This document shows positions 22,725 through 36,238 of a stretch of 64,000 bases of DNA, piece by piece. Under the pieces are notes generated by a model that was given only the letters and a program-made list of their open reading frames with translations, was not told the DNA's origin and made no database searches. Position 1 is the first letter of the stretch, and each line of letters begins with the position of its first letter. The stretch spans positions 82,336,001 through 82,400,000 of the forward strand of contig NC_083277.1 of assembly GCF_963506605.1 (NCBI RefSeq), read 5' to 3'. Source of the stretch: Zootoca vivipara (Eukaryota). The translations under genes and the position numbers were made by a program.

Positions 22725-23625
22725 ATGCAATCGGCGGGAACTGCAGAATACTCAACAGAGAGTCATATCTGGGCAGGAGGAATTACAGTTTATTTACCAC
22801 CCGGCATAGTTTCAAAGTACATACAGCTCTCTCCCACACAATTCCAGTCACCTCAGTGGCTCCCAGCCAGCATATACATAGCTTGTCAAAGACTGAAATA
22901 TCTTTATAGATATTTATAGGTATTTTATAACAGGACCTTCATGGCCTGCTACTTCTATTTCTTGCCCGCAATTCTTGTCTCCCCATTAAACTTATCCCGC
23001 TCCCCACTTATTTCACCATGGGATAAAATGACAAGCTACTCAGGGTTGGGATCCCGATTTGCCTGACTGATAGAACTGACTATCCTGTTTTATTCTGGAA
23101 AGCAGAACCAGAAGAAATATGTGCCTCATTTCCCTATCTAACTATGTGGGCTTCCCTTCAATGCAGGCAGAGGCTTACCTAAGATCCCTCCCTTGTCCCC
23201 TTGGCAAGGAGCCATATTGGAGCCCTGCCCCCCCCTGAAAAAAAACAAAAAAAACAAAAAACTGTACAGTACAATAGCCACATTGGAAATTACTACATTT
23301 TACACGGCCTACGTACAGTACTCAAAACATCCAGAGTGAAGGCAAAGTTAGGTGGAAGGGCAAAGAACTCTGCATGCCTTTGTGCCACAGTTCAGGGAGG
23401 ATGGGAAGATTCTCCCTTGTTTGATCTCGCTGTGAGATACATATATGACCTGATAGGTGATTTTTTGCCCCTACTCCAGACCTGCACCCCTGGCAGGGGC
23501 CAGTTTTGCCAACCCCGCAGGTACACCCCTGAGCACTGGAGACATAATTCCTGTTGTTCAATTTAGAAAACGGTTGGCAGACGGAACTCCAGGTTTCTGT
23601 TCCAATAAGGGCTGGTTCTCTCACA
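22725..23625 (-). mobile_element. Possible ERV-like LTR (reverse orientation)
   Basis: Minus-strand AATAAA near 22788 followed by a U5-like segment; possible TG...CA ends; no clean TSD. Confidence 0.3.
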
Positions 23626-26600
23626 CAGATCCAAGGGCACATGGTAAGCGTTCAAAGAGTCCAAGCTTGTAGCATAACCTGCTCTAGCTGTTCGCTTATG
23701 CAGCCTGCCTACAAAGCAGTTTCCCAGGGGTGCTAATTATTCCGAGGTGTGGCCCATAATTGCCCGGGTTGGAGCAATTTAATGAGGTTGTCTGGCTGCT
23801 TCCCTGCCCAGGATAATATCCCATAGTAATTCCACATGCTGAGGAGTGTAGTAATTGTGGGATCCCAGACTGCCGCAGCAATGTGGCAGATCATGAGAAG
23901 CATAGCAAGGGTGCACTCACTCAGGTCAAGGGAAGCTGGGCAGAGAAAAACAACTCTGAATGAAAACCTTGAGCAACTCCGGAGGGCTGTATGCTTTTCA
24001 GACCGAACCTTCCATTCAGATTGGTTGGTGTATCACAAAGAGCAAGGACTGAGCCGTAGCTGAGGATAGATGGGAGATGGGGTTCTGGGCAGAAAGAAGT
24101 ACTGTAATTGAAAATATTGGCAGGCAGGAGTAATGAACTGGAACAGAGAGCTTGTTTTGACAGGGAGCCATTGATCAGAGTAGTTGGGGAGAAGGGAGTT
24201 ATTTATTTAAAAAGCTTGCAAACCACTATTTTAGCATAGAACTCTCCCGTGGCAGCTTCCAACATTAAGTCAACAGCATGTAATTATTAATAAATGTAAA
24301 ATGTACAACAACAACACCATTAGAAACAGTAACCGGCAACAACATTGTAACACTCAACCCAGTAAAAATCACAAAAAGAAAAAAAAAGCCACAAAAATGT
24401 TACAACAGCCCAATTAGACTCCTTCTTAGACATGTGGAAACATAAAGGCTTGCAGTGATGGGACCTGGCTTATCATGGGGCCACTGCCAAGAAGGCCCTG
24501 TCCCTTGTGGCCACCAGCCTAATTGCTCCCACAAGGGGTGGCAGGAATAGAACCTCTGAAGCAGATCTCACAGTACAAGCAGGTGGGTGGGTGTGAAGGC
24601 AATTAAGGGGTAACTCCTGGTTTCTGTCTGCAGCCACAGAAAGTGTGGGTGAGTGAGTAGTTGCTGCCAGGGGCCTGGAAGCTGGTCTTAATCACCAGCT
24701 TTGTAACCTGAACAAGCCACTTTCTTGGCTTGAACAAGCCAGGAATATAACGCGAGGATCTTGGGCAGTATCACTTTAAAAGGGTGTGCAGATAGCAGCA
24801 CTTACAGTTTGGGAGAATGGGCATGCAAACATCTCCTCTGAATGAGTTACTATAATCCTCCTTGATGCTCTAGTATTTTGCCCTGTGATAGGTAGCAGTG
24901 TATTCTGAATGCAGCAGAGCTGGAAACTATTTCTTTTCCTGCCTCTCACTAAATGAGACAAAGCGAAAAATTGTGAAACCAGAAGAGAGAAAGTTGAATT
25001 TCCATATGAACTGAAATATTTTGTCATGTAGCAGCAAATAACTGGCAGAGCTGCGGTCACGCAGCCAAGGACCTCATCAGACTGAAGGTGCAAACACTGT
25101 CTCTAGGGCGCTCTCCCCTCCCCTCTTCCTCGTGAGAACACAGGAACTTTAGCAGGTGCCGGATACAGCCCAGCTCATGGTAAGGCGGAACAGGCCATCC
25201 GCTTTGGTATCCTGTCTCCAGGGGTAGCTGATGCACAGGAAATCGACCTAACTGCACTGCATTTGGTGTGCCAGGCCTCCTTTGCTCTGCACCCCCCCCA
25301 TATCCTGGCTTAGATGCGTTTATCTCCCCTCCTCCCTCTCTGTCCTTCAGCCTGTGCCTTTAGGGGGTGGAGGGAGTTCAGATTCCTGGCAGAGAGTCAC
25401 ACTGTGTGAGTGGGAGCCATTAGCTATGCTGCCTTTGTTCTGCTGGAGATGTGCTTGGGGCGTTATCAAAGACCCTTCTGTCTTTTCACAGGGGGAGTGT
25501 CTTGCACAGGCAATGGCGTGACAGGGCCCCTAGGTGCAATGCAGAATCGCCTGGGCTCTCCGAGGGTTTCCCACACAGCTAGAAAGCTTAGGAGAGGGGG
25601 GCAGGGGAGGAAGACCGTGGAAACGTTGGAATTCACACACATGTTCAGCTGGCACAAGTCTGGTATAATATTGCAAACAGGGGGAGGAAAACTGAGGGTT
25701 TTTAGTTTTCCAGCTGCCTTGCACTTCATTTGGGGTGGGTGGGAGAAACCATACAGAGCATATGCTAAATAACATGTTGTTGCATAACAAATGACATGTC
25801 AGAATGAACCCAAAGCTGTGGGATGTTTTCACTGTCCTTTTGCTTCCACATATAAGCAGCAGCCTTATGCAGAGGCATAATGTAGCCTGTGAGCTGCTGT
25901 GAGTCAGAGCAGATATTCAAGATACTGAGCAGACTCTTACCTCATCGCTTCTACCTGAGATCCTTATATGCAAGGCAACACTTTGTTGCATGTATTACTA
26001 GGGACACTGGGAACTACAGCTGGGAAAATTCTGCATTGTTTTCAGTGGCCTCCTAGGCTGCAAAGGGAACACTGATTACTTTTTAAAAAATAGCCCTCTC
26101 CAGAACACATTGTGATAAGATAAAATGGTGTATATTTCCTCACAGTGCTTAAAAAAAAATCCTCTATGCCAGGAGGAAATGGATTTCCAGAACACACAAG
26201 GAGGTAGACTAGAAGGCATTGCATGGAAAGCCTTGCATCATTTATAGCCAGCATGAAAGGGCTTGCAACTTCTTCAGTAGTCTGGCAGAACAAGGTCCAC
26301 CGTGTAGCACGAAGCAAGCCCGATCCTTGCCTTGGGCCTGATCCTTGCCTTGTGTTCATGTTCTACAGGAATCTCCTTATTGTTAAGTACTAGTCCAAAT
26401 GCACAGGTTTTAACATATTCTTCCATATACTGGTCTTATCTCAAAACGCTTAGCACTTAAGTTACACTGATGAAGATGTTACAGAACTTTTCAAGTGTCA
26501 CAGGACGAAAAAGGCCACTTTAGATTTCTGTGAGGCTCAAACTTCTACAAAATGCCAATTAATTGGTATTTTGAAAACAGACACCTATCAATTGCTTCTC

Positions 26601-28887
26601 TCCTGACTCAAAAAGAGACAGAAGTGCCTCCTCTCTCCAAATATACACACATTTGTTCAATGAAGAATGCGTGGCAAGTCTGACTCCAAACCACAGCTTT
26701 ACCTCTAGAAATTATCTTGCCCTAACTTGTTTAAATACCCCCCCCCAATAAATTCTGTTTTCTGTATTGTTGCTGTGAACTAAAGATGTAACACAAAACC
26801 CCTTTGACTAAAAAGTAACATGAGCAGTTAAGGCCTTAGGGCACATGGGTGTGCGTTTAACTCTACTCAGACCTCCTTGGCTGTGAGGCACACCAACTAC
26901 AGTACTCTATGGAAGGGCAAAGAATATGCCCAAGATCTCAGCAGACGTCCCCAAACTGAGCCAGCATCTTTGGTTCTTTCTGTACAAAATACTCTGCTGT
27001 CAATAGGAAAGGTCTTGGCAGTATACCCATCCTGTATTTTTCACACAGAGACAGAGCTCCTCCAGCAGAGATTGGCTTTCCAGCTGACTCACAAGACTGG
27101 GTGGAGTGGGTTTTGTGGGAAAATTTAGGGCTGGGCTGAACTTGAGGCCTAGTTCTCATTAACATAAGTTTTCTATGTGCAGGGAAATGTTTTTTATCAA
27201 GAGGCACTGAGCTCGTGCAAGTCCTGACCTGTAATTCAGATGCAGCACAGCTCACATGGAGGTTTACAACCATAGTTCAAACCTAAGGATTCTCATGTGT
27301 CCAGCAAGCCATAATCCTGCTCTTTGCAGTTAAAGCAAACGAAAGTGGCTAACTGGTGTCAGTCATTCCTACTCCAGGTAACTCAAAGCACTTTACACCA
27401 GTCGAGGAATTAAATTTTATAAAAGCACTGGGGCAGGCAATCAGCATTGTTGTAGAAGGGAAAATTACCAGGTTATGGCCTCTAAACTGGCAGCAGCTCA
27501 GATTACAAGGAGTAAATTCCTGAGCCTTGAATCACAGCAGTGTTCCTTTAACCCCTGGGGGCTCTTCCCCATTGATCTCACCCCACCTGCTTGCTCAGCT
27601 GTCTCAGGAAGCATCCACTGAAACCCGAGGGGTTCTGAAGAAAGTACTTAATAAATCCTTGGTGCATTACCCTTAGCTTTTTAACTACCGATGCTAAATC
27701 CTAGACTTTTCCCTGAAGCACACATCCTAGAGTGTGTGAATTATTTAAGAGGCACACTTACGTTCTTGATTACACCCATTCTCCCAACATGTATTTCATT
27801 CCTTCAGTCATCAACCACCCCCTTGTTTCAAAGGTCTTGTGGTTGTACTTGACCATACAAAAATCACTGGGACTGAAACAAAGACTTAGCGCCACTTTGC
27901 TGAGGGTTATTAAATGAGGGGACCCCTCACCAAATTAGAATGTATACATCCGTCATGTTTTATATTTCAGTTGAAAGGGACTGCACACAAACCTTCCTTG
28001 GTGATTTGCAATGTTGCTCAACATCCATGGGGTCTAATCTGGTAAACCCGTATTGTGCCAACAAGTTCTTATGACATGGTTTCCATTACATGATCAGGGA
28101 CTGCAGACAAGCACAAGTTGCTCCCTTAGGGGATTACCTTGAGATACTGCTACTGTTAATGTTTTGCAAAGCATACTGTACTTGCATCTAAGGTCCTGCC
28201 TGCCAGCCCTATCCGCTGGCTAGTGGCCCATGTTTATAGAAAGGCTATTTTAGTCCCATCATAAACAAGTTTACAAGCTGTTACTGGAGCTCTAAATATA
28301 AGTTTCCCATGCTCTCACACCCATCCTGAAACCAAACATTGTTGTTATGCAACTTGACTTGCTTGACCCATGTTACCTGGCATGGTGAGATTTGAAAAGT
28401 GATCCCAAACATCTTACGACCCTATCCGGACTGGACTGCTACCCTTCTCTCCCCATTCCACCCTCCATTAGAAACAGCTACATAATCAACAGCAAGTTCT
28501 GGATCCACCAAGGGTCCAGCACACTAATTCATAGAAGGCTGGCGACAGAGCTTTGGAGAGTTTGTTTACTCCACTGAATAGTTCAGATTTGCAAGAGCCC
28601 ACATGGTTGGAAGTGTGGCTCTTCAAATGTGCAGTTGGTTAAGGAACTAAGGTTGCCTGCCCTGTTGCTGTTCCCCTTGTTTCTTTTCTCTAGTTCCTTA
28701 TTTTGTACCTTGACTAGTTTAATGTAGTAGGAGGCCTCATACATTTCGAGGTAGGTCTGAGTAGCTGCTTGAACATTCTCCCCATCCATATCCTCTCCAC
28801 CAAGAGAGAATTCTCTATGAAGTTCACAAATTGTTTTTTTTTAATTAAGAACGTAACACCATAGAAGTAAAAAAACAACAGATGGCC

Positions 28888-28893
28888 TTTATT
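28888..28893 (-). terminator. Probable IER2 polyadenylation signal
   Basis: TTTATT on + (AATAAA on -) about 1.7 kb past the stop, at the end of a U-rich 3' UTR-like tract. Confidence 0.55.
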
Positions 28894-30571
28894 TCAATGA
28901 CCAAAAATATTAACACCATGAGGATAAAACCAAATAAACTTGTATTTTGCCCTCTTTGAGGCAAATGCAGATTACATACAATTAGCATTGCAAAGTACCT
29001 TGACAGTGACCATTCTACTGCCCATGTTGAAAACCAGTTTCAGAAGACATTCTTACTGTTCTCCTCCCAACCCTAAAGCTTGAATCAAACTAACACTTTT
29101 GAAGCACTGAGATGACACAACAGATAAATCCAGCACAACAGCAACTGTTTCATACATTTGAGAGAAGAGTGGAGGAAAAAATCATGAACAAAGGCAAAAA
29201 CGGTGTCAAAAAATCACATAAAATGACTTGATATACTGTTTTTTTGTTTGTTTTTAGAGACAAGACACTGCAGAACACACCCATTTAAAGAATACAGGTT
29301 TCTTTGCCCACATTCTCCTGATTTGGGTGAAAGAGAAAATGTTTGTGGATGTAAAACAGTACCCCTCATTACTGCTCAGCGCATAAACAGCTTCAGTCAT
29401 CTAGGAAAACCGCCAGCGAGCTTTTAAGATGACATCTTTAGGGGAAGAAAAACCACTTGTCTTCCTCTCCCCCACCCTCCAGACATTCAGGGCTCCACCC
29501 ACATCGTAAAAAACAAAAACCACAACCGCCACACACACACACACACACACAGCCAAGGCAACAGAAGCAGGAAATCCCCTGCAGTCGTGGACCCAGTGTA
29601 ATGCAAATGCTAGTCATATGAGGGATGTGTCATAACTAGTATGACTGGTTGGGTTTTTTCCCCCTCCTCTCCGTCTGTTCCTGCTCAGCACACACACTTT
29701 GGCAAGACTAATCTGGTTCTGAGATCTTCTCTGGCACAAAGAAACAGGCCACTTCATCGTTCTTAATTACTAGGTAAGAAAAAAAGGGATGGCCCCGAGG
29801 AAAAGAATACTGGGCAGACAGGAGCGGGACTGACAAAAGCTGCTTTTCTTCGACAATTCTCAGCATGACTCTTTTTAACCCTTCAGGGGAGCTGCCTAAT
29901 AAACCTTAAAAACTTTCCAGTCCCGTTCAGAAAAAAAGGGGGGGGAGAGGAGACAGAAACATCAACTCAGATCTGGCAATTAACTTTAGTTAAGGAACGG
30001 CAGAATGAACACGTCATTGTTATCGACTAGCACCAAAAAAAAGTGCACCCAGCACACATCGCGCTTGCTTTCCACCCGAATCCGGTTTCCAAAGGCCCGA
30101 CGGGCTGCGAGCCTCTCCCGTTTTCCTAGAGTTCGCTGCCCCCCGCCGCCGCCCCCCCAAAGTATCGTGTCCCGCCATGCCGCCGCCGCTGCGTCCAGTC
30201 CTGCGCATAGCGCACCGCAGCCGCGTCCCAGGTTTACTGGCCGAGGTGGGGCGTCCTTCTTCGCCGCGTTCCCCGCCGCCTTTTGTCTCGTCGTCTTTCC
30301 CAGCCACCAGAGCGTCTCTCGCCTAAACCCGGAGGGGGAGAAAATGGGAGGAGGGAACCCACCAGCGCTCCCCGCCGCCCGCCCCCAGTCCTTCACCAGC
30401 CTCCCGCGGCGCGTCTTCCTCGCCGCCCAGGCCCCGCCACCAAGGAGAGGGGGCCGGCGGGCCGGGAGCGGGAGGCGGTGTTCAGCTCCTCCGCCGAGAG
30501 AGGGGCTTCAGCAGGTTCCGCTTCTCCACAGAGAGCGAGGTTTCCAGCTACGAGTCCCTGGCGGGGGCGCT

Positions 30572-31327
30572 TTAGAAGGCCACCACGGCTCTCACCATTA
30601 TGCTCAGCACGCCGTCCCCTTGCCTACAGCTCGCCTTGGGCTCGTCGGTGCCTTTGGCCGGCGGAGGCTGGAGGATTAAGCCGGAGAAGCGGTCCTGGAG
30701 GACCCTGGCTAAGCTCGGGAAAGGCCCCTCCTGGCGCTGCGGCTGCCGCTCGCCTTCCTCTTCCACCAGCTTCGCTTTCTTGCTGGGCACCAGGCCGGCT
30801 TCGGCGGCGCCGATCTTGCCCAGGCTGCTGCTGCGGCGCTTGCGGCTAGGCTTGGCGGCGCCCGCCTGAAACCCGGGGGCGCCTCGGCTCCACGCCGTCG
30901 GAGGCGCGGGCGCGCTGCCGTCGGGCTCCTCCTGGGTCTCCATGGGCTCCGGATCAAGGCTGGCGCAGGGCAGAGCAGGCGGCGGCGCCTCCGATGGCTG
31001 TACGGCGGGGAGAGGCGCCGGCTGCGGCAGGGCTTGGGGGAAGGGAGTTGCCGGAGGCCCCTCCAGATGTCGAGGGGCGGGCGCCTCGCCCTGCAGGTCC
31101 AGCTGCGGCTCCTGGCGCCCGGCAAAGTCCTCCACGCTCCCTCCGCCCGCGGCCATCTCGTCCTCTTCCTCCAGCTTGGCCGAGAGGTAGAGGTCCCGGG
31201 CGTTGCGCATCACGAGCGACAACTGCAGGCTGCGGTGGAGACGCAGGCCGCCGCGCTGCATCCGCGAGTGGTACATTTTCCACACCGACATGGTCATAAT
31301 GCGCTGCGCTTCCTTCTGCACTTCCAT
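30572..31327 (-). CDS. IER2: Immediate early response 2, single coding exon, 251 aa
   Basis: N-terminus MEVQKEAQRIMTMSVWKMYHSRMQRGGLRLHRSLQLSLVMRNARDLYLSAK is the IER family domain; NLS-like RKRRSSS; C-terminus RAVVAF typical of IER2; strong Kozak context GCCATCATGG; divergent from STX10 as in mammals. Confidence 0.96.
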   Translation of the reverse strand: MEVQKEAQRIMTMSVWKMYHSRMQRGGLRLHRSLQLSLVMRNARDLYLSAKLEEEDEMAAGGGSVEDFAGRQEPQLDLQGEAPAPRHLEGPPATPFPQALPQPAPLPAVQPSEAPPPALPCASLDPEPMETQEEPDGSAPAPPTAWSRGAPGFQAGAAKPSRKRRSSSLGKIGAAEAGLVPSKKAKLVEEEGERQPQRQEGPFPSLARVLQDRFSGLILQPPPAKGTDEPKASCRQGDGVLSIMVRAVVAF

Positions 31328-31409
31328 GATGGCGGAGCCGGCTTCGCCGCGGTTCGGGTCTCTTCGGCTTGTTCGGGGGCTGTGAGGAGCCGGGAGGGAG
31401 ACCTCTGGC

Positions 31410-31760
31410 GCTTTCTCCTTAAAAGGCGAAAGTGACGCGTTCCCCCGGGTCTTAATTGGTGTTTGTTTTGTTTTGCGAAGCGCAGCCTTCGGAAGAATCT
31501 CTTCCCGTGACGTCCGCCCCGACTGAAGGAGGCCGCGCCCAGCGCGCTTCTTTTTATACTGCCGGTGATCTCAGCGCCTGGGCCTCCTCCGCCCACTTTG
31601 AGAGCCGCATCCGGCCCTTCGCAGCGCGCCACTGGCCGCCCTCCCCGGCAGGGGGAGGGGGAGGCGGAAATGTCAGGCGGTGGGGGAAGGGAGGCGGGAA
31701 GGAGGGAAGAGCAAGGGGCCGGCCCCCCTCCAGCCAGCCAGGCAGCCAGCGGGGACAGGA
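31410..31760 (-). promoter_or_regulatory. IER2 proximal promoter (TATA, Inr, CRE, CArG)
   Basis: TATAAAAA on - at 31558-31551; Inr-like TCAGTC near 31524; GTGACGTC near 31507; perfect CArG CCTTAAAAGG at 31417-31426; G-rich tract 31650-31720. Confidence 0.7.
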
Positions 31761-33484
31761 CTTGAAAGCGGTTGCTCCTGCCGCCGCCAACAAAAGAGGA
31801 GCCTGGAACTTAGGCTGGCTGTGATAAGTGCGCTGCACAACTGCCCACGCAAAGCTCGTCCCCCGGGAATAACTAAGGAGCACGCACGACTTGTGGCTGC
31901 AGATTCCTAAGCTCATTTACTTAAGTGTAGAGGTGTTGGCTTCGTTGAAACTGGAAGCACGTTTCATGGGTTTGGGTTCGACCGAAATCATTGGGGCGGG
32001 TTTCCATGCACGTTTACAGCTGGGAATTAAGAGTGCGGTCGGAATGGGAATGGGGCAATGCATGGGCATCATCACTCGGTTTCCCTTCACTAGATTATGT
32101 TTGATGAATAGCAAATGAAGGGCCATAGGAAAGTTCTGTTACACTGCACCATTCATGCATGCAGAAGCGATCATGGTCCAAATATCAAGTTGGTGAACTT
32201 CCCTTTAAGGCAGGGATAGGGGACAGGGATGGCTCTGCCCTTTGGAGGATTGTGCCTCAGCCTCAAGCAGCAAGATGCTGAAGCACTAGGAAGCAGGCAG
32301 AGCGCAGCCTGTCCTGTCCTTCTGCACATGGTGGGGAAGAGGTAGCACAGGTAGCAAAATGTATTCAGCCTTCCCTGGTGGGGAAGCCATGGCTCTCTGG
32401 ATGCCTTTGGACTGGGCTCCCATCAGCCTCAGTCAGCATGGCCAGTGATGATGAAGGTTGCAACCCAACCACCTTGGGAGGACCACAGGCCCTGCTTTAA
32501 TGGGCCGCATACATGGGCCTGCCATGAAATAACGAGTGCACAAAATATCTCTGTGAAATATGGCACCTTCAAGAGGTACTCAGTATGTGCGGTTAGGAGC
32601 CATTGCAGAAAATGCTCAGTGAATGTCCAATTGGGCCAATACAGTTTATTTCTGCCTGCAGCAGAATCTCTATTTCCATGGTTCTCAAAGCATCAAGCAG
32701 AGGCTAAAAGACATAGCAGCTCTGTCCTGACTAATCTTAACCAAAAGTTTTTGCATATCTTCATTAGAGTTGGAGGGGGGCTATTGATCCACTGCTCATT
32801 TCCTATTCACTAAGGCCAGATTCACACATACATGTGGATCTCATGATTGTCCCATGCTATACTCTTGATGAATGAAATATCTGACTTCATTGAAAAGCCT
32901 TGCATTTGAAATTACATGCCTTATTAGCTATTGGGTTAGATCTCTGATGGCTCATTCACACAGGCAAGCCATCCATTGTTTGCTTTTGTAATCAAGTAAT
33001 AAAGATGCGTGTGTGAACCAGCTCTAGGAAATGAGTAAGCATGGTTTCCCACTTCAACTGTTTTCCATGAGTGACACATGTTCAAACCGTGATCATTTGC
33101 AAGGAATCCCTACTGATTTTAACAGAACTTGCTCCTGAGTGCAGAACACTGTGGCCTTAAATGGCTTATTGCATTTCCCACATTCATAATTAACTAAAAA
33201 CCTGAATTGGCCATAATGTGCTATGGATTTTGCCTTTCCAAATTCAGAGTATTCATAAGTGATATCGAAACATTGTACTGTATGTGCATTTAATTTGCAC
33301 TGATTTCAACAGAACATACTTCTAAGTAAGCATGTTCAGAATGAAAGTGCCTTAATTGTGTCAGTTGACATCCTGGGGGAATTCATGGTAGCAATTCTCT
33401 TAATTTTTTGCTTCCTTGGGTTCCCTCTCTGGACTACCAAAGCATGCCATTCTAGTTCTACTGTATTTGGGCCACACCCAGGGG

Positions 33485-33550
33485 AATAGTGAACTCTGAC
33501 CAATTTTTGCTCTGACCAATAGTGAACTCTGACCAATTTTTGCTTTGACA
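33485..33550. repeat. 33-bp tandem duplication
   Basis: AATAGTGAACTCTGACCAATTTTTGCTCTGACC present twice, with 2 mismatches at the end. Confidence 0.9.
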
Positions 33551-34939
33551 AACCACAATCACCAGACAATTATTTCTTAGATTTGGAAGCTCATTGCAGT
33601 ACAGTACAGTTAAGGACTCACATTCTGTAGCAAATCTGTTTTATTTTTATGCAGAGTTACTTCAAATACAAATACAGTCATATATACGGTATGTATGAAT
33701 CAGTTTTAATTTGATTTGCTGAACTATTCAAAACTGCCTCATTAGCTAAATCAACCACAAAATATTCAACTGCACTGTGATGGCAAGTTGATGCTTGCAA
33801 TCCTCATATTTCATCGAAAGCCGAGTAAGCCTATGGGACTGCTGAACTCTCAACAGAATATGGTGCGGAAGTCATTGTAAAAGACCTCTGGAACTTCAAA
33901 ACCGAAGCAGTGCAAAAACTATTTAACAGGCACTGCAGGTGTAAGTAAATGGTGGGCAATATACACTTTCTGAAAGCTCAAGGTCTTGCCCCATCATGCA
34001 GATTTAGCTGTAAATTGTCAGATTAGTAAGCACCGATTTCACATAGCTTTCAGCTTTGTCTTGAAGGAACTGATTCACTACTTGGAATGACAATTTTTTC
34101 ACATCTGTTTTAACAAGCCCAAAGCATAAAAAGCTCAGCTCCATTCTTCCTGTTCTCTGTCAGGAGCAGGTACAGCCCAGATAGAGAGACCAAACTCTGC
34201 AGGCAGAATCCCTTCTGCAGCTTGACAACAGAGCCTGACAACTGCAAGACACACACTTGATGAGCCTTTATCAGCATGGCTGGACATGCAAGAATTCTTG
34301 TATACTTTTGACACATAATTATTTCATGGTCAAGACCTTTTGCACATAAAACATATTAAGAATTCAGGCTTGCTGCTGGGACAGTAGCAGTTCCCACCGT
34401 TGACCAGCAAGTATATTGCAGGAGCATGAGTGGGAGAGATGGTGCAGGCAGGCAGTTTTTCCTGCTTTACAGCTCTCATTGCTCAACCGGAGGAAATACT
34501 GAGTTCTAGTCATGTGTCCCTTCCTCGGGAACAGCAACCACAGTAAGTAGCAGAATGTGGGGGAGGGAGCTTCTTTCTCTCTTCCTTGTCAGCTTGTGTC
34601 TCTGGAATTGTTATCTGCTGCCTACCTCCTCTGCCAGCATTGCTGAAACAAGCTTTGGAAATTGTGCTGTTGCCACCACGGCTATTCGACTAGGAAGAGG
34701 ATTCCAAGCTATGGTCAGTGGGTCTTCTGGCTCTCCTTGTTTTCCCTTATCAGGCTTTGTTACTAACCGTGCGCGCACAGGCTAGAGGTTATGTTGCGCT
34801 CTTTTTGCATGCATCACAGTTTACTAAGTCACGTTCACGCACACGTATCAGAGGCTTTCACTTTAAAAGCAAATCTTTTACTCATTCGTGACAGAATCAG
34901 AGAGGCCAGTTCGCATTTTTACTAGATCAACCCTATTGC

Positions 34940-35290
34940 TATGGTGACTGAGCGAGGACTCTCTTGGATCCCCGTCGGGTTTTCTCTCCAGGGCTTTCTT
35001 CGCTCAACAGGCTCCTCCTTCTATTTAGGTCACCCCAGCCTCTCTGGTTACCGCTTCCTTGCATGTATTATTGGACCATGACGACAGGGGCGGAGCCAAG
35101 GCTGCGTTTACCAACGTTGTAAAATATGCTTACGCTCGTAGCAGCACTGCTTCCTGTGTCCATAAATGGGCAACGAGACGAGAGACTCCATTGAGTTTCC
35201 GGAAGCCTGACCAAGGAAGGGCTCTGCGCTTGCCACCCGTCTGTTTACACATCGCCGCGACGTGATGTAACACGGCACTCTAGAATACAC
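34940..35290. promoter_or_regulatory. Serum-response-element-like enhancer or upstream promoter between IER2 and STX10
   Basis: ETS site CTTCCTG (35150-35156) next to CArG CCATAAATGG (35160-35169); second ETS CCGGAAG (35199-35205); GC box 35087-35096; CpG-rich. Confidence 0.65.
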
Positions 35291-36182
35291 AAGTTGCACA
35301 CAAGCCACTAAAGCCTGCCATAGCAATATAACCTACAGGTACAGACTCCCTCATTAAAAACAAACACTGCTTGTATTAAAAACAAATACTGCCTGGATAC
35401 CTTTTCTTTTTCGCACATACACGGCCGTAGGTGTGTACTTACCACTGAACTCCCGCGTGATTTAAATATATTACCTACCTTCTTCTCATAAACTCAACAT
35501 GCCGTCCGACCATGCACAATAGCCCGAACAACCATCTTTGTTGGGTCGCATGCAACCCTTTTGCACGTGCTCTGCGCTGTTCCCTCCAGAGCCTCGCCGC
35601 ATTGACTCTCCACGCGCGCACAGCTCCCATCCCCAAGCATATTCCAAGCCCCCGCATTGATCTGCACACGATCCACTATGGCTAAGGGTGTGCTACACAT
35701 GCATACTTATTTGGGAGTAAATTCCATTGAACTCAGCGGGACTTGCTTCTGAGTAGACATCGGTAGATGTAAAATCGCGATCCTATACACACTTCAATCA
35801 AGAGGCAAGTTCCTATGAACGCAGCGGAATTTACTTATTAGTAACGTACGCGTCAGATCGTGCCCCGCATCCTAGGGAAGCCAGTTAGCAATGACTATCT
35901 TTAGCTGGTCTCGTATTACAAACTGGCACGTTTTCCCTTACTCTTGCATCACGCTCGAGTCTCCGCAGGCGACCTTTCTTCCCCGTGGACTTCCCCCCCC
36001 CCCTGCCCGATGCCTGGGCATGCGTTGGTCACGCGAACTATCACACCGAAATAAATTGCACAGAGTAATGCGGAGAGTACAAAGGAGCGCACTCCATTGT
36101 GCCATGAATTTAAGTACCGTTCCTGGTCCCTTAAACCACCACCAACATGAATTAAAATCTCCACTTCACCCACAGGCATGCA

Positions 36183-36188
<6 letters not shown>

Positions 36189-36237
<49 letters not shown>
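36189..36237. repeat. (AC)n microsatellite upstream of STX10
   Basis: Direct observation. Confidence 0.95.

Positions 36238-36238
<1 letters not shown>

Noticed and set aside
27500-28830. Minus-strand protein-like stretches including ORF 28583-28789 (MDGENVQAATQTYLEMYEASYY...)
   Set aside because: No recognisable family or motif and frequent stops; a translated search would be needed before claiming a decayed gene.
29986-31916. Many long overlapping ORFs around IER2
   Set aside because: Expected from high GC content; only 30572-31327 (-) encodes a recognisable protein.
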